The notes beneath the pieces are model-generated. The model was not told the origin of the DNA. It saw only the letters and a program-made list of their open reading frames with translations, and made no database searches. The translations under genes and the position numbers were made by a program. From positions 608,001 to 672,000 of the forward strand of contig OY759729.1 of NCBI GenBank assembly GCA_963662585.1: a stretch of 64,000 bases of DNA, given 5' to 3'. This DNA is from Candidatus Cloacimonadales bacterium. Its GTDB lineage: Bacteria; Cloacimonadota; Cloacimonadia; Cloacimonadales; JAFGVF01. Below are positions 51,191 to 60,729 of the stretch, piece by piece (within the stretch, counting starts at the first letter, position 1; each line of letters begins with the position of its first letter).

Positions 51191-52000
51191 TTAATCCATA
51201 TCCTCATATTGCCTTTTCATTTTTTCAAAATCATTTCTATTAACATAGAGATTAAATATCACAGTTCTACTTTCTTGGTAAGACATCTCATTCTCTTCAT
51301 TATCGTAGATATAAGTTCTTCCAACCCCTCTAGTATACATTCTATCTGGGGATATTCCTAACTTAATTAAGAAATCTGCTACAGCTCTACTTCTATTAAG
51401 AGAGAGTGTTACATTATATTTATCCCCACCCCTTACATCAGCAGCACCTAAGATATCTACGAATATTTCACGATTAGCCTTGAGGAATTGAGCAAGATTT
51501 CTTAGCTTATAGGAATCTGGTTGATTTATTTCCACCATATCAAAATCAAAATAGATAGTAGGGGTAGTATAGTAGGATATTCTATCCACATAAAGAGTAT
51601 CGTATTTTACTACTTCTGTAGGTGGTCTCTTGGCTGGAGGTTTAATTCTATCATCTTTGGTTTCAAAAACAAAATTTGGCTTTTCGTTCATATAAATTGT
51701 CATAGTTTTTGGAATAGGAGGAACTCTGACAAATATGTTCTGAGTAAATTGGTTTGGATAAAGTGGAACAGCCTTGATATTAATCAGTCTATCTTCAGAA
51801 TAGAAGAGAGAAGTTTTAAAAGGGGTCTCTCCAACTTGGCGTCCGTTAATATAAACCATAGCTTCAGTAGGTTCTGACCGGATGAGAATCTTTTCTTCAA
51901 AAATACCTTCGGGGATGTAAATAGACTTCTTGTAAGGTGTGCAACCTACAACTAAAGTAAGGAAAATTATAAAAAAAATCAATTTAAAAGCTTTAATCAT
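51191..52000 (-). CDS. Lipoprotein with PEGA and OmpA-like peptidoglycan-binding domains
   Basis: Lipobox VVGC; SEPTEAMVYINGRQVGETP (PEGA); IYFDFD...GAADVRG..YN..LSLNRS (OmpA). Confidence 0.88.
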   Translation of the reverse strand: MIKAFKLIFFIIFLTLVVGCTPYKKSIYIPEGIFEEKILIRSEPTEAMVYINGRQVGETPFKTSLFYSEDRLINIKAVPLYPNQFTQNIFVRVPPIPKTMTIYMNEKPNFVFETKDDRIKPPAKRPPTEVVKYDTLYVDRISYYTTPTIYFDFDMVEINQPDSYKLRNLAQFLKANREIFVDILGAADVRGGDKYNVTLSLNRSRAVADFLIKLGISPDRMYTRGVGRTYIYDNEENEMSYQESRTVIFNLYVNRNDFEKMKRQYEDMD

Positions 52001-52007
52001 TAAGACC

Positions 52008-53156
52008 TCATTTTGAGTAGTAAATTTCTTTAATTATTTCGTGTCGTTGTTTATTAATAAGTTTAATATCATATTTATTTTTAACAGTTTCTAAGGCATT
52101 TTCAGACATTTTAATCAATAATGAGTAATCTGACAATAAAAGTTTTAAGTTATTTTCCCAGCACTTTAAATCTTCAGGAGAGCACTTAAATCCATTATAG
52201 CCATTTTGCACTATATCATTAGGACCATATCTATCAACAGTAACAACAGGTAAGCCATAAGCCATAGCTTCAATTGCCACTCTACCAAAACCTTCCATAG
52301 CTAAAGTAGGAAATAAGAAAAGATCATGAGATTGATAGGCCTCATCTAATGGATAAAGCTTACCCTTGAAAAAAACTCTTTCTTTTAAAGAATTTTCAGT
52401 AATTAGAGCTTTTATTTTCTTAAGATAATCCTCATCACCATCTCCATATATATCTAAGGTCCAGTTTCGTTCTACTAATTTTATCAAAATATTAATAATA
52501 AATTCTAATCCCTTCAAGGGCTCAATTCTTCCAGCGAACATTAACTTTATATTTTTTGGATTAGGATTAATATTAACATTTTCCTGCACCAAAACTCCTC
52601 TTGGGATTGTAAAAATGCTTTTGGAAGCAAATTTATCTTGGAATATAGGCTTCATCCATTCAGATAAAATTATTACGGGGTCTATTCTCATTTTTGAATC
52701 CAGGAAGTTTGGTAGTATTCTTTTCACAAATGATTTAGTTTTTGCTTTAAATCCTTCTCTATAATACTTGAGGGGCCACACATCACCGATATCAAATACA
52801 TGAGGGATATTCTTCTTCTTTACTGCCCAATAAGGACCAAGTGATATGTATTGTTGGTTCCAGAAATAGACCAGATCCGGTTGGAATTTATCTAAAACTC
52901 TTTGAGTAATGGCATAATTATCCTTCTCTACATTGCTTTTATTCCAATAATCATTACTCAAATAATCAATATATTTTAGTCTCCTAAATACTCGATATTT
53001 TTTTCTACCCTCACTTTTTTCCTTAAGATAGTCTCCACATAAAACAAGAATCTCTTCTCCTTGTTCATATAAATAGTTTGTGACATCCTGACAGGAAAGT
53101 TCATAACCGCCTTTAAAATGAGGTGGAAAATAATTTGAGATAATTAGTATTTTCAT
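52008..53156 (-). CDS. Glycosyltransferase family 4
   Basis: FPPHFKGGYE, FAGRIEPLKG and EGFGRVAIEAMAYG (EX7E) motifs. Confidence 0.93.
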   Translation of the reverse strand: MKILIISNYFPPHFKGGYELSCQDVTNYLYEQGEEILVLCGDYLKEKSEGRKKYRVFRRLKYIDYLSNDYWNKSNVEKDNYAITQRVLDKFQPDLVYFWNQQYISLGPYWAVKKKNIPHVFDIGDVWPLKYYREGFKAKTKSFVKRILPNFLDSKMRIDPVIILSEWMKPIFQDKFASKSIFTIPRGVLVQENVNINPNPKNIKLMFAGRIEPLKGLEFIINILIKLVERNWTLDIYGDGDEDYLKKIKALITENSLKERVFFKGKLYPLDEAYQSHDLFLFPTLAMEGFGRVAIEAMAYGLPVVTVDRYGPNDIVQNGYNGFKCSPEDLKCWENNLKLLLSDYSLLIKMSENALETVKNKYDIKLINKQRHEIIKEIYYSK

Positions 53157-53158
53157 AC

Positions 53159-54127
53159 TTAGCTTCTCACTTTTCTATGATAGCCATGTAGTGTTGTGGA
53201 AACTTTATATTTTAGAGTATTATAACTATGTCTAAGATTTGCTCTTAAAATCTCTTTTGTCTTATTTTTCCTTTCAAATGAAGGTGGTATCGGTGGAGTC
53301 TTATAACCATTACTTTGGCACCATTCAATAATTTCCAAGGTTAGATCATAATGGAGAAGACCACGAGTTGTCCAGTGTCTCCATGGCTTAGGGTTTAATC
53401 CAAAATGAACAAGAAGTTTATTAGAGTCTTTATCAAATTGATATTCTCTAACATTAGGAGCAGTACTGGAATAGGCCATTAAAGAATTTAAGGCAGATTC
53501 ATCAGTCATAAAATATCCAACACTATTTTTATCATAGACTTGCAACTGATTATCAACAATTACCTTCTCCATATGGCTTTTCCATAATTTGATAAAATCT
53601 AGGTTCTTCTTGCTAACAACAAAGCAATTTGTTTCACATACAGTTGCTATTTGCGGTGAAGTTAAATCTCCAACATCCTCTTTCCATGTATTTAGAACTT
53701 TCTCTGGAATTAATCCCAGTTCATCATTCTTACCATAAAAATTACGATAGACCCCTGAGTTTTCTTCAAAAGATCTAAATCTAATTTGTATTTCATCATT
53801 TTCTACATGAAGAAAATCAGTTATATCTCCAGTGACAATACAATCAGAATCCATCCATGCAATTATATCTGTTTCGGCAGCAAATATCGCATGAGGCTTC
53901 ATTAAGCAGACACTTCTATCAGTCTCCCTACCACTAGTAGTAACTTGGGTATCAGGAAATTGTGTTAGTAGTTCTTTCTCTTCATCAGTAAGCATGATAC
54001 CTAGAACTTTCTTATAGCTTTTGACATTAAAGTAACATAAGGAAGCTACTAAAATATAAGCACCCCAAATATAATTACTATCACAAGCAGTTACTATTGT
54101 TTTATTATATTTCATAATTACTCCCAA
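53159..54127 (-). CDS. Putative GT-A glycosyltransferase (GT8-like)
   Basis: TACDSNY, DxD in WMDSDC, DESALN and HFGLNPKPW motifs. Confidence 0.7.
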   Translation of the reverse strand: MGVIMKYNKTIVTACDSNYIWGAYILVASLCYFNVKSYKKVLGIMLTDEEKELLTQFPDTQVTTSGRETDRSVCLMKPHAIFAAETDIIAWMDSDCIVTGDITDFLHVENDEIQIRFRSFEENSGVYRNFYGKNDELGLIPEKVLNTWKEDVGDLTSPQIATVCETNCFVVSKKNLDFIKLWKSHMEKVIVDNQLQVYDKNSVGYFMTDESALNSLMAYSSTAPNVREYQFDKDSNKLLVHFGLNPKPWRHWTTRGLLHYDLTLEIIEWCQSNGYKTPPIPPSFERKNKTKEILRANLRHSYNTLKYKVSTTLHGYHRKVRS

Positions 54128-54130
54128 AAA

Positions 54131-54541
54131 TTACTTTTTCCATGGGAAAAAATCTGCTAAATGTTTATCAGGAAAAATATCAATACCCACAACACTCTTC
54201 AAGGCGTATAGCAAGAATAATAACATAATTAGTATTGAAATTAGCATTATAATATAAGTAGTAGCCTTTGCCACTATACTTAATGATCTATCAACATCAC
54301 CTTTATCAAGTGATTTGAAGCCTTCTCTTGTATCTCTACCAAAAATAAAGACAACATACCATTGTTTAAAAAACCAGAAGGAAAACCTTATATCAATAAT
54401 ACCGATAGAAGGAACAGGAGGGAGCATCTTTTTTAATAAAGATTTAAGTTGATTTCTCTGTTCAATATTTAAATTTTCGGTAAATTTAGCACTTCCTATC
54501 TGTTTAAGATCTTTTTGTTGCTCTTCTTGGGGTGTTCTCAT
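54131..54541 (-). CDS. Conserved hypothetical membrane protein
   Basis: IDIRFSF...YVVFIFGRDTR and YALKSVVGIDIFP, with a TM helix; overlaps the previous gene. Confidence 0.7.
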   Translation of the reverse strand: MRTPQEEQQKDLKQIGSAKFTENLNIEQRNQLKSLLKKMLPPVPSIGIIDIRFSFWFFKQWYVVFIFGRDTREGFKSLDKGDVDRSLSIVAKATTYIIMLISILIMLLFLLYALKSVVGIDIFPDKHLADFFPWKK

Positions 54542-55890
54542 CGTAATTCACCTCTTTTGACCTTGATATGGTATAATCTATCCATTGTGGCAATTAAGGC
54601 AAAAATTAGCATCAATTGATAGAAATTATTCGTTTGTTTTAGAACCCATTCTAAACCAGATTCAATATAAATAGCTAATAATCCTCCAGTCAAACCTATT
54701 GGCAAAAATTGAAGATCACTACCTTTGTACCTAAAAACATTGACTAGGTTCAAGAAATAATAATAGAAGAGAAAAACAAAGAAAGAAACTAGTGTGACCC
54801 AACCTGATTCGGCTGCAATCATTAGATATATAGTTTCTACTAGGCCATTCTTCTCTTCTTCATCCTCAGCATCATTCATTTCAATATGTGAACTATAGGG
54901 GTAGGGAGGATTAATTGCTCGTCCAAAGTTATTCAATCCAACACCCATATAGCCTAAATTTTTGTCTTTTGCCATTTTAACTGCAGCCTGGGCCAAAGCA
55001 ACTCTAACTAAAGCTGATTCTTCTGGTGCGGTTCTAAATCTTTCCGTAATGGAATCCCAGGCTTTAGCTAGCACTGCCAAACTCATGATTATCAGCAATG
55101 TCGTAATAACAATCTTTTTGGGATTAATACCATTAAGAAAAGATAGTCCTAAAACTATTATTATAGCAAATCCATAGAGGGCTAATCCAGCCCTGGAAAG
55201 GGTAGATATAATCGTAACTGATGCCATTCCAAAGACCATCAGCCACACAAGAAGTTTATCCATGGATAAATCTTTTTTATTGATTAAGTAAGAAAAGGCA
55301 ATAGAACCAAAAATAATCATATACATAACTAAAGAATTTTGATGTGGAAAAGGACCTGCTGTTTGAAATTTACCTTCTAGATATTTTTGTTTTATAACTT
55401 CATAAAAGACAAATATGGTAATAGCAGCAACACCTTTTAAAAAATCAAAATACTTCTTATCAGTATCTATATAGTTATAAACAGTCCAAAAATAAAAGTA
55501 CATTCTGACCATTTTCCAAACTTCAAACATTGAGAATAGGACAAAATCAGCATTAAGAATTGAAAGAAGGCTCAACCCGAAATAAACAAAATACCATTGA
55601 GCCCCTTTAGGAATCCTTCCCGTTGTTCCTTTTTTATGAAGAACAATTAGAAAGATAATCATAGTACAGATATCTACCATACCAATCTCGAAACCTTTAG
55701 AGGTTAGTCTTTCAGTCTCCCTGGAAACAAAGTTGATATCTTCCATTTTTGCAGTAAAAAAAACCATGAGAAAGAAAATTGCTCTTTCTACTTTATCATG
55801 CTTCAGGGCAAAAGAGTAGCCTAGGGGTACCCCTATGAGCATAACCGCAAAGAATATGATGTATTTAAAAGCGCTTAATGCTTCGGTCAT
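54538..55890 (-). CDS. O-antigen ligase/Wzy-like polymerase
   Basis: Multiple TMs; GPFPHQN, TLSRAG, GVGLNNF and YLMIAAESG motifs. Confidence 0.85.
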   Translation of the reverse strand: MTEALSAFKYIIFFAVMLIGVPLGYSFALKHDKVERAIFFLMVFFTAKMEDINFVSRETERLTSKGFEIGMVDICTMIIFLIVLHKKGTTGRIPKGAQWYFVYFGLSLLSILNADFVLFSMFEVWKMVRMYFYFWTVYNYIDTDKKYFDFLKGVAAITIFVFYEVIKQKYLEGKFQTAGPFPHQNSLVMYMIIFGSIAFSYLINKKDLSMDKLLVWLMVFGMASVTIISTLSRAGLALYGFAIIIVLGLSFLNGINPKKIVITTLLIIMSLAVLAKAWDSITERFRTAPEESALVRVALAQAAVKMAKDKNLGYMGVGLNNFGRAINPPYPYSSHIEMNDAEDEEEKNGLVETIYLMIAAESGWVTLVSFFVFLFYYYFLNLVNVFRYKGSDLQFLPIGLTGGLLAIYIESGLEWVLKQTNNFYQLMLIFALIATMDRLYHIKVKRGELR

Positions 55891-55895
55891 GAAAC

Positions 55896-56939
55896 TTAAT
55901 TATTAGTATCGTTAATTATATTTTGTAATAGATATCCTGTTTGAACAGCTTGTAAACTTGGTAATATCTGCTCCAAAACTAAATTCCAGCTGGCAATAGG
56001 GGTTTTAGGGACATAGATAATATCATTAGGTTTCAACTTGAAATCCATTAATCGTCCTTTATAGATAGCATCTAAATTAATTTTGAATAGTCTTGGGTGC
56101 TTTAAGTTACCTCTCACCAAATATACAGAAGAAGTCTTTGCAGATGGCTTTAATCCTTGTGAATAGGCTATTACTTGCCCAAGAGTCATATTCTCTTTAA
56201 AAGCGAAGTGACCTTGTTCTAATACTTCTCCAACAACATAAACTTCTCTATTAATCGCAGATGGTAAATAAATATAATCTCCCCCCATCAAAGGGATATT
56301 ATTTAACATCTTACCTTCTTTAATCAGTGCATAAAAATTTATAGGCAAAACTTTATTATTTCTAACGATAAATGATCTTTCTAAGTCTGCTAATTCAATC
56401 GAATTATTCTGGAAATAGCCAAGAGCTAATCCTCCTGCTTTGGCAATTAAATCCAAAATTCTCATTTCTCCAGTAATTTGATATTGTTGAGGATATACGA
56501 CTTTTCCTAAAATTGTTACTGTTCCACTATTAATTTCATAAGGAACAATTGTTACTTCAGGATAAGCAATATAATCTTCTAATTTTTCCTCGATTAAATC
56601 AGTAGCTTCTTTAAGATCTAATCCTTGAACCTTTACTTCTCCTATTAGAGGAAAAGTTATCGTACCATCTCTTTTAACAATCAACTCTTTAGTATTCAAG
56701 TCCTCTTCATTATAGATATAAGCATGAAATTTATCATCAGGGCCAATCAGATAAGTAGGCATTTTAACTTGCTGTAACTTATTTAATTCATCGATAGTCT
56801 GTTGATCTTCTTGATTTGCAACTGCTGATTCTTCAAGGTATTCACCTGGTACATCTATATTTTCTTCGATGTATGGCTCCCTACTACAACTAATAATAAA
56901 AACTATTAATACTAATATTATATATTTTATTCTTTTCAT
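55896..56939 (-). CDS. wza: Wza/OPX polysaccharide export lipoprotein
   Basis: Lipobox IISC; YLIGPDD, DGTITFPLIGEV and SLBB repeats ending LKPNDIIYVP. Confidence 0.92.
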   Translation of the reverse strand: MKRIKYIILVLIVFIISCSREPYIEENIDVPGEYLEESAVANQEDQQTIDELNKLQQVKMPTYLIGPDDKFHAYIYNEEDLNTKELIVKRDGTITFPLIGEVKVQGLDLKEATDLIEEKLEDYIAYPEVTIVPYEINSGTVTILGKVVYPQQYQITGEMRILDLIAKAGGLALGYFQNNSIELADLERSFIVRNNKVLPINFYALIKEGKMLNNIPLMGGDYIYLPSAINREVYVVGEVLEQGHFAFKENMTLGQVIAYSQGLKPSAKTSSVYLVRGNLKHPRLFKINLDAIYKGRLMDFKLKPNDIIYVPKTPIASWNLVLEQILPSLQAVQTGYLLQNIINDTNN

Positions 56940-56945
56940 AATTAC

Positions 56946-58970
56946 CTACAATGTATCCACATAATACTCTTTAGGAATATTATTTAGGATTCCAAATACT
57001 TTTTGAACTTCTTTTTCTCTTAGATAATTTACCAAATTAAACACATCAGTTTTTGGTGAATACCTAAATCTACCGACTAAGATATTAGCATCTGCAGATT
57101 TGGTTACAGCGTGGAAAAGCTGGATGTTATAACTTGATGGGAACATTTCCCATAAGATATAATCATAGTCCATAAAGAGACCATACAGCTTATGAAAATC
57201 ACTTGTTTTATACATCTTCTTGAAGATCTGCTCACCAGTCCAAAAATAACATTTATTGATATTATTAGAGATTTCTTTAACATCAAAAGATTTGTCGTCA
57301 TCTAGGTAAGTATTAATCTCATAATCTTCAATTTCGATCGATAAATCTTTAACACATTCAATAATCAGGACTTTAGAAGTAGAGCCCAGCATTTTACTAA
57401 ATTCATTCATAATAAAGGATTTCCCTGTTTCAGGATTAACACTACCAATTGTAATTATTGGAGGTTTAGGGACTCCTTTAACAACATCAAACAGATTATC
57501 CAGCATGAATTGAAGATTAGCATAGAATTTGTTAGCATTTGCTCCCTCTTCAGCTGGAATTTGACCTAGTAAAGGGATTCCTATATATTTTTCATAATCA
57601 AGTTTTGATTTTATTCTGAAATCAAAAAGTTCTTTACCAAGGAAGAACACTACTAAAATGAAACCAATAAAAATACCTGAAGCTAAAACTATTATCTTCT
57701 TACTTATATTTATAGGATATTTGGGAAGAACTGCAGCCTCAAACAACTGAAAATCATTAGTATTAGTATCTAAAGCCATACGGGATTCAGCAATTCTGCC
57801 TTCAATAATTCTTAGTACATCTTTACTAAGCTCTAATTGTCGAACAAATTCTAAGTGCTCATCGTTAATTTTATTGAATTGGATCAGATTTGATTTTATA
57901 TCATTAATTTCACTTTGGTAACCAATTAAGTTTGCTCTTGCTGCTTTAAGTTCTCCTTCATAACGAGTTTTATCAACTTCATAGGTTTGAATTAAGCCAT
58001 TAGGTCCCCAACTTGTGTTATCTGGTGGTTCTGGTGTTCTAAAAGGATCAGATAATTTAGCCTCTAAAGTATCTATTTCAGCTTGTAAATTCTGCACTTT
58101 AGGATTAATAGCGGTATAGCGTGTGAGCAAGAGCTCTAGTTCTTTTTTTAGCAAGATTAACTTTTTCTCATCTGTATTGGTAAATGTCCAAGTCATCATA
58201 ACTTCTTGCGGAAGTGAGGCCATTTTCTTTTCTAAATCAGCAATCTTAACTCTCATTTCATCTATCTTAACAATAGCTTCAATCTTTTTTATTTCGATAA
58301 GCTTTAATTTTTCATAGAGTTGATCCCTTTCGGCATCAATAGATATCACATCATTATTAGTTTGAAAATCTAAAATACTTTTTTCTAGTTGAGCAATTTT
58401 GGCTAAACTCTTAATTCTTTCTTGAGAATAGTAGCTATATACACTATCAGCACTAGCATTCTGCAACATAGTACTTGTTTCGATAAAGGTTTCTCCGAGA
58501 ATATTAGCCATTTCAACTGCTCTTTCTGGGTCGCTATCAGTTACGCTAAAACTTAGCACATTAGAACGGTTACCACGCTGGACTTGTATCATTCTCCCAA
58601 CTTCCTCAGGTTCATAGCCCTGCATATCAAGTTTTTTTATAATAGAGAGGATAATTGGCCGAGACCGAGCGGTTTCTAAGATTGTGTTTATATCAAAAGC
58701 ATTATATAAGTAAGGCATGTCAGTAGGAGTCGAAATATTTTTTTGCATTCTAATGACTCTACAATTGGCTCTCCATAAAGGTTTAACTTTTACAGATACA
58801 ATTATGGCCACTAATAACATGAAAGATAAAGTAATGGCAAGAATCCACTTTATTTTAGCCTTGAAGGAGATAAATAACACCCTTTTATCAATCACTAAGG
58901 GTGATTTTTCTTCTTGTTCAGCTATATCCTTTTGCTGTTCTATATCATGTATTTGGTTTTCATCTAACAT
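56946..58970 (-). CDS. wzc: Wzc/GumC-type polysaccharide co-polymerase with divergent tyrosine-kinase domain
   Basis: Two TMs flanking a coiled coil; IPLLGQIP; Walker A-like PETGKS; short C-terminal YY. Confidence 0.85.
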   Translation of the reverse strand: MLDENQIHDIEQQKDIAEQEEKSPLVIDKRVLFISFKAKIKWILAITLSFMLLVAIIVSVKVKPLWRANCRVIRMQKNISTPTDMPYLYNAFDINTILETARSRPIILSIIKKLDMQGYEPEEVGRMIQVQRGNRSNVLSFSVTDSDPERAVEMANILGETFIETSTMLQNASADSVYSYYSQERIKSLAKIAQLEKSILDFQTNNDVISIDAERDQLYEKLKLIEIKKIEAIVKIDEMRVKIADLEKKMASLPQEVMMTWTFTNTDEKKLILLKKELELLLTRYTAINPKVQNLQAEIDTLEAKLSDPFRTPEPPDNTSWGPNGLIQTYEVDKTRYEGELKAARANLIGYQSEINDIKSNLIQFNKINDEHLEFVRQLELSKDVLRIIEGRIAESRMALDTNTNDFQLFEAAVLPKYPINISKKIIVLASGIFIGFILVVFFLGKELFDFRIKSKLDYEKYIGIPLLGQIPAEEGANANKFYANLQFMLDNLFDVVKGVPKPPIITIGSVNPETGKSFIMNEFSKMLGSTSKVLIIECVKDLSIEIEDYEINTYLDDDKSFDVKEISNNINKCYFWTGEQIFKKMYKTSDFHKLYGLFMDYDYILWEMFPSSYNIQLFHAVTKSADANILVGRFRYSPKTDVFNLVNYLREKEVQKVFGILNNIPKEYYVDTL

Positions 58971-58985
58971 TGTTTATTATTGTTC

Positions 58986-60113
58986 CTAATTATTTTGTTC
59001 CCACAATTTCACAAAGATTTTTAACAATTCATCTTCATTTTGACATTTATTACAATTTAGTATTTCTTGGCAATTAATTTCTTGCTTAGAGAACAAAAAA
59101 TATGGTAGCGCCATGAATAACATAAACCGGGGATGCTTGAATTTTGATTTACTACTTAGATTATTATAGTTTATTCTAGTATTCTTGCAAACATTTTTAA
59201 TTTTTTCAAATATACTTGATTCTTCAGAAAAAATCTTTTCAATGATGTCTTGATATCCTTTTAGATTTAATACAGGAGCAAACTCATCGTTAAAAACCCA
59301 GTTAAATAGTCCTTCATATACAAGTAAGGTTTGTTTATATTCAGCAAGATAGTCTTCTTTACTTAGGTTAACTTTATGAGGAAATTCCTTGAATTGGTAG
59401 GCAGTCTTATAGTAGTCAAATATCCCTAATTTTAGTAAATCTTCATCTTCTTTAAGTTCAGAGAAAATTTCATCTCTTTTTTTATATGAGAAGTGAAATC
59501 TTCCTTTTTTGATTAAAAAGGCATCTCCCATTGCTAGTTGTGCTTTTCTAATATTACGAAGAATAAATTCTTGTGATTCTTCTTCTTCATAGCTTTTAAA
59601 ATGTTCTTTACACAGTATAAGCCCAACCCCTCTATTTAGTAGCAGACGATAGGCTTCCATAATTGGCATCTTCTCGTGAGAGTAGTCTGGAAAATAATTC
59701 TTAATTGATTGGTTTCCCCACAGGACCTTGTGTCCATTTTTCAATTCATACCACATCATCCAATGAGGGGTTTTAGAAATTGCCTTTACGGTTTGAAGAG
59801 GTCCGACATCAACATCAATTTTGAAAAGAGGAGTAAATTTTTCGTGAATGTAGTGGATCTTTTCTTGGTACTTTTTCTTTTTAAAGTAGCTAATATTTTT
59901 AAGAATAACAAAGAGATCATAATCGTTATAGAGGTATTCTTTCTTATCTTCAATAACAATCCCACCTTCACCTCTACCGTAACCACCACCTAGAAGTATC
60001 GCAGCGATGTCTTCTTCCGGAATTAGCTTAAGGATCTCTTCAGTTATCAAAGCCAACTGTTCATCAACTAATTCATCAAATTCTTTTGAACCAGTAAGTG
60101 TATATTTACCCAT
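58986..60113 (-). CDS. Pol-beta superfamily nucleotidyltransferase-like protein
   Basis: ILLGGGYGRGEG...NDYDLFV (G-x-DxD), third acidic residue in IDVDV, helical C-terminal domain. Confidence 0.7.
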   Translation of the reverse strand: MGKYTLTGSKEFDELVDEQLALITEEILKLIPEEDIAAILLGGGYGRGEGGIVIEDKKEYLYNDYDLFVILKNISYFKKKKYQEKIHYIHEKFTPLFKIDVDVGPLQTVKAISKTPHWMMWYELKNGHKVLWGNQSIKNYFPDYSHEKMPIMEAYRLLLNRGVGLILCKEHFKSYEEEESQEFILRNIRKAQLAMGDAFLIKKGRFHFSYKKRDEIFSELKEDEDLLKLGIFDYYKTAYQFKEFPHKVNLSKEDYLAEYKQTLLVYEGLFNWVFNDEFAPVLNLKGYQDIIEKIFSEESSIFEKIKNVCKNTRINYNNLSSKSKFKHPRFMLFMALPYFLFSKQEINCQEILNCNKCQNEDELLKIFVKLWEQNN

Positions 60114-60116
60114 AAT

Positions 60117-60725
60117 TTACCCCAATAATTCTTTTAAGTAGCCATTAATCATAATCAATACTCGATCAAACTTCTTTTCACCAGGAATAATAATATCTGC
60201 TTGTTTTTTAGTACCTTCAATAAAGATATCATGCATGGGTTTAACTGTTTCTATATATTGATTTAAGACTTCATTAATTGTGAAACCTCTTTCGTTAATA
60301 TCTCTATCTATTCTTCTTGCCAGCCTGAGGTCAGCATCAGTATCGACAAATACTTTTAAAGATGCTAATTTAATCAATTCAGGAAAATAGAGAGCAAATA
60401 TACCTTCAAGAATTATCACATCATAACTGTTATGAATCAATTTACCTTGAATCCTTCTGTGAGTAATGAAATCATAGTCAGGAATATAAATCTCTTCTTG
60501 ATTTAAAATCTGCTTTACATCAGAAATTAATCTATTACTATCGATAGCATCAGGGTGATCGAAGTTGATTTTCTTAATCTCCTGAGGGGATAAATTGGCC
60601 AAATCATAGTAATAATTATCATGTGAAAAAGTATAGACATTTTGATTATTTAACTGACTAGTAATCTGTTTAGCAATCGTAGTTTTTCCAGAACTAGTTC
60701 CTCCGCCAATAAGAATTAAGTGCAT
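60117..60725 (-). CDS. udk: Uridine kinase
   Basis: GGTSSGKTT, DNYY, NFDHPDA, ILEGI and RRIDRDINERG motifs. Confidence 0.93.
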   Translation of the reverse strand: MHLILIGGGTSSGKTTIAKQITSQLNNQNVYTFSHDNYYYDLANLSPQEIKKINFDHPDAIDSNRLISDVKQILNQEEIYIPDYDFITHRRIQGKLIHNSYDVIILEGIFALYFPELIKLASLKVFVDTDADLRLARRIDRDINERGFTINEVLNQYIETVKPMHDIFIEGTKKQADIIIPGEKKFDRVLIMINGYLKELLG

Positions 60726-60729
60726 AATT

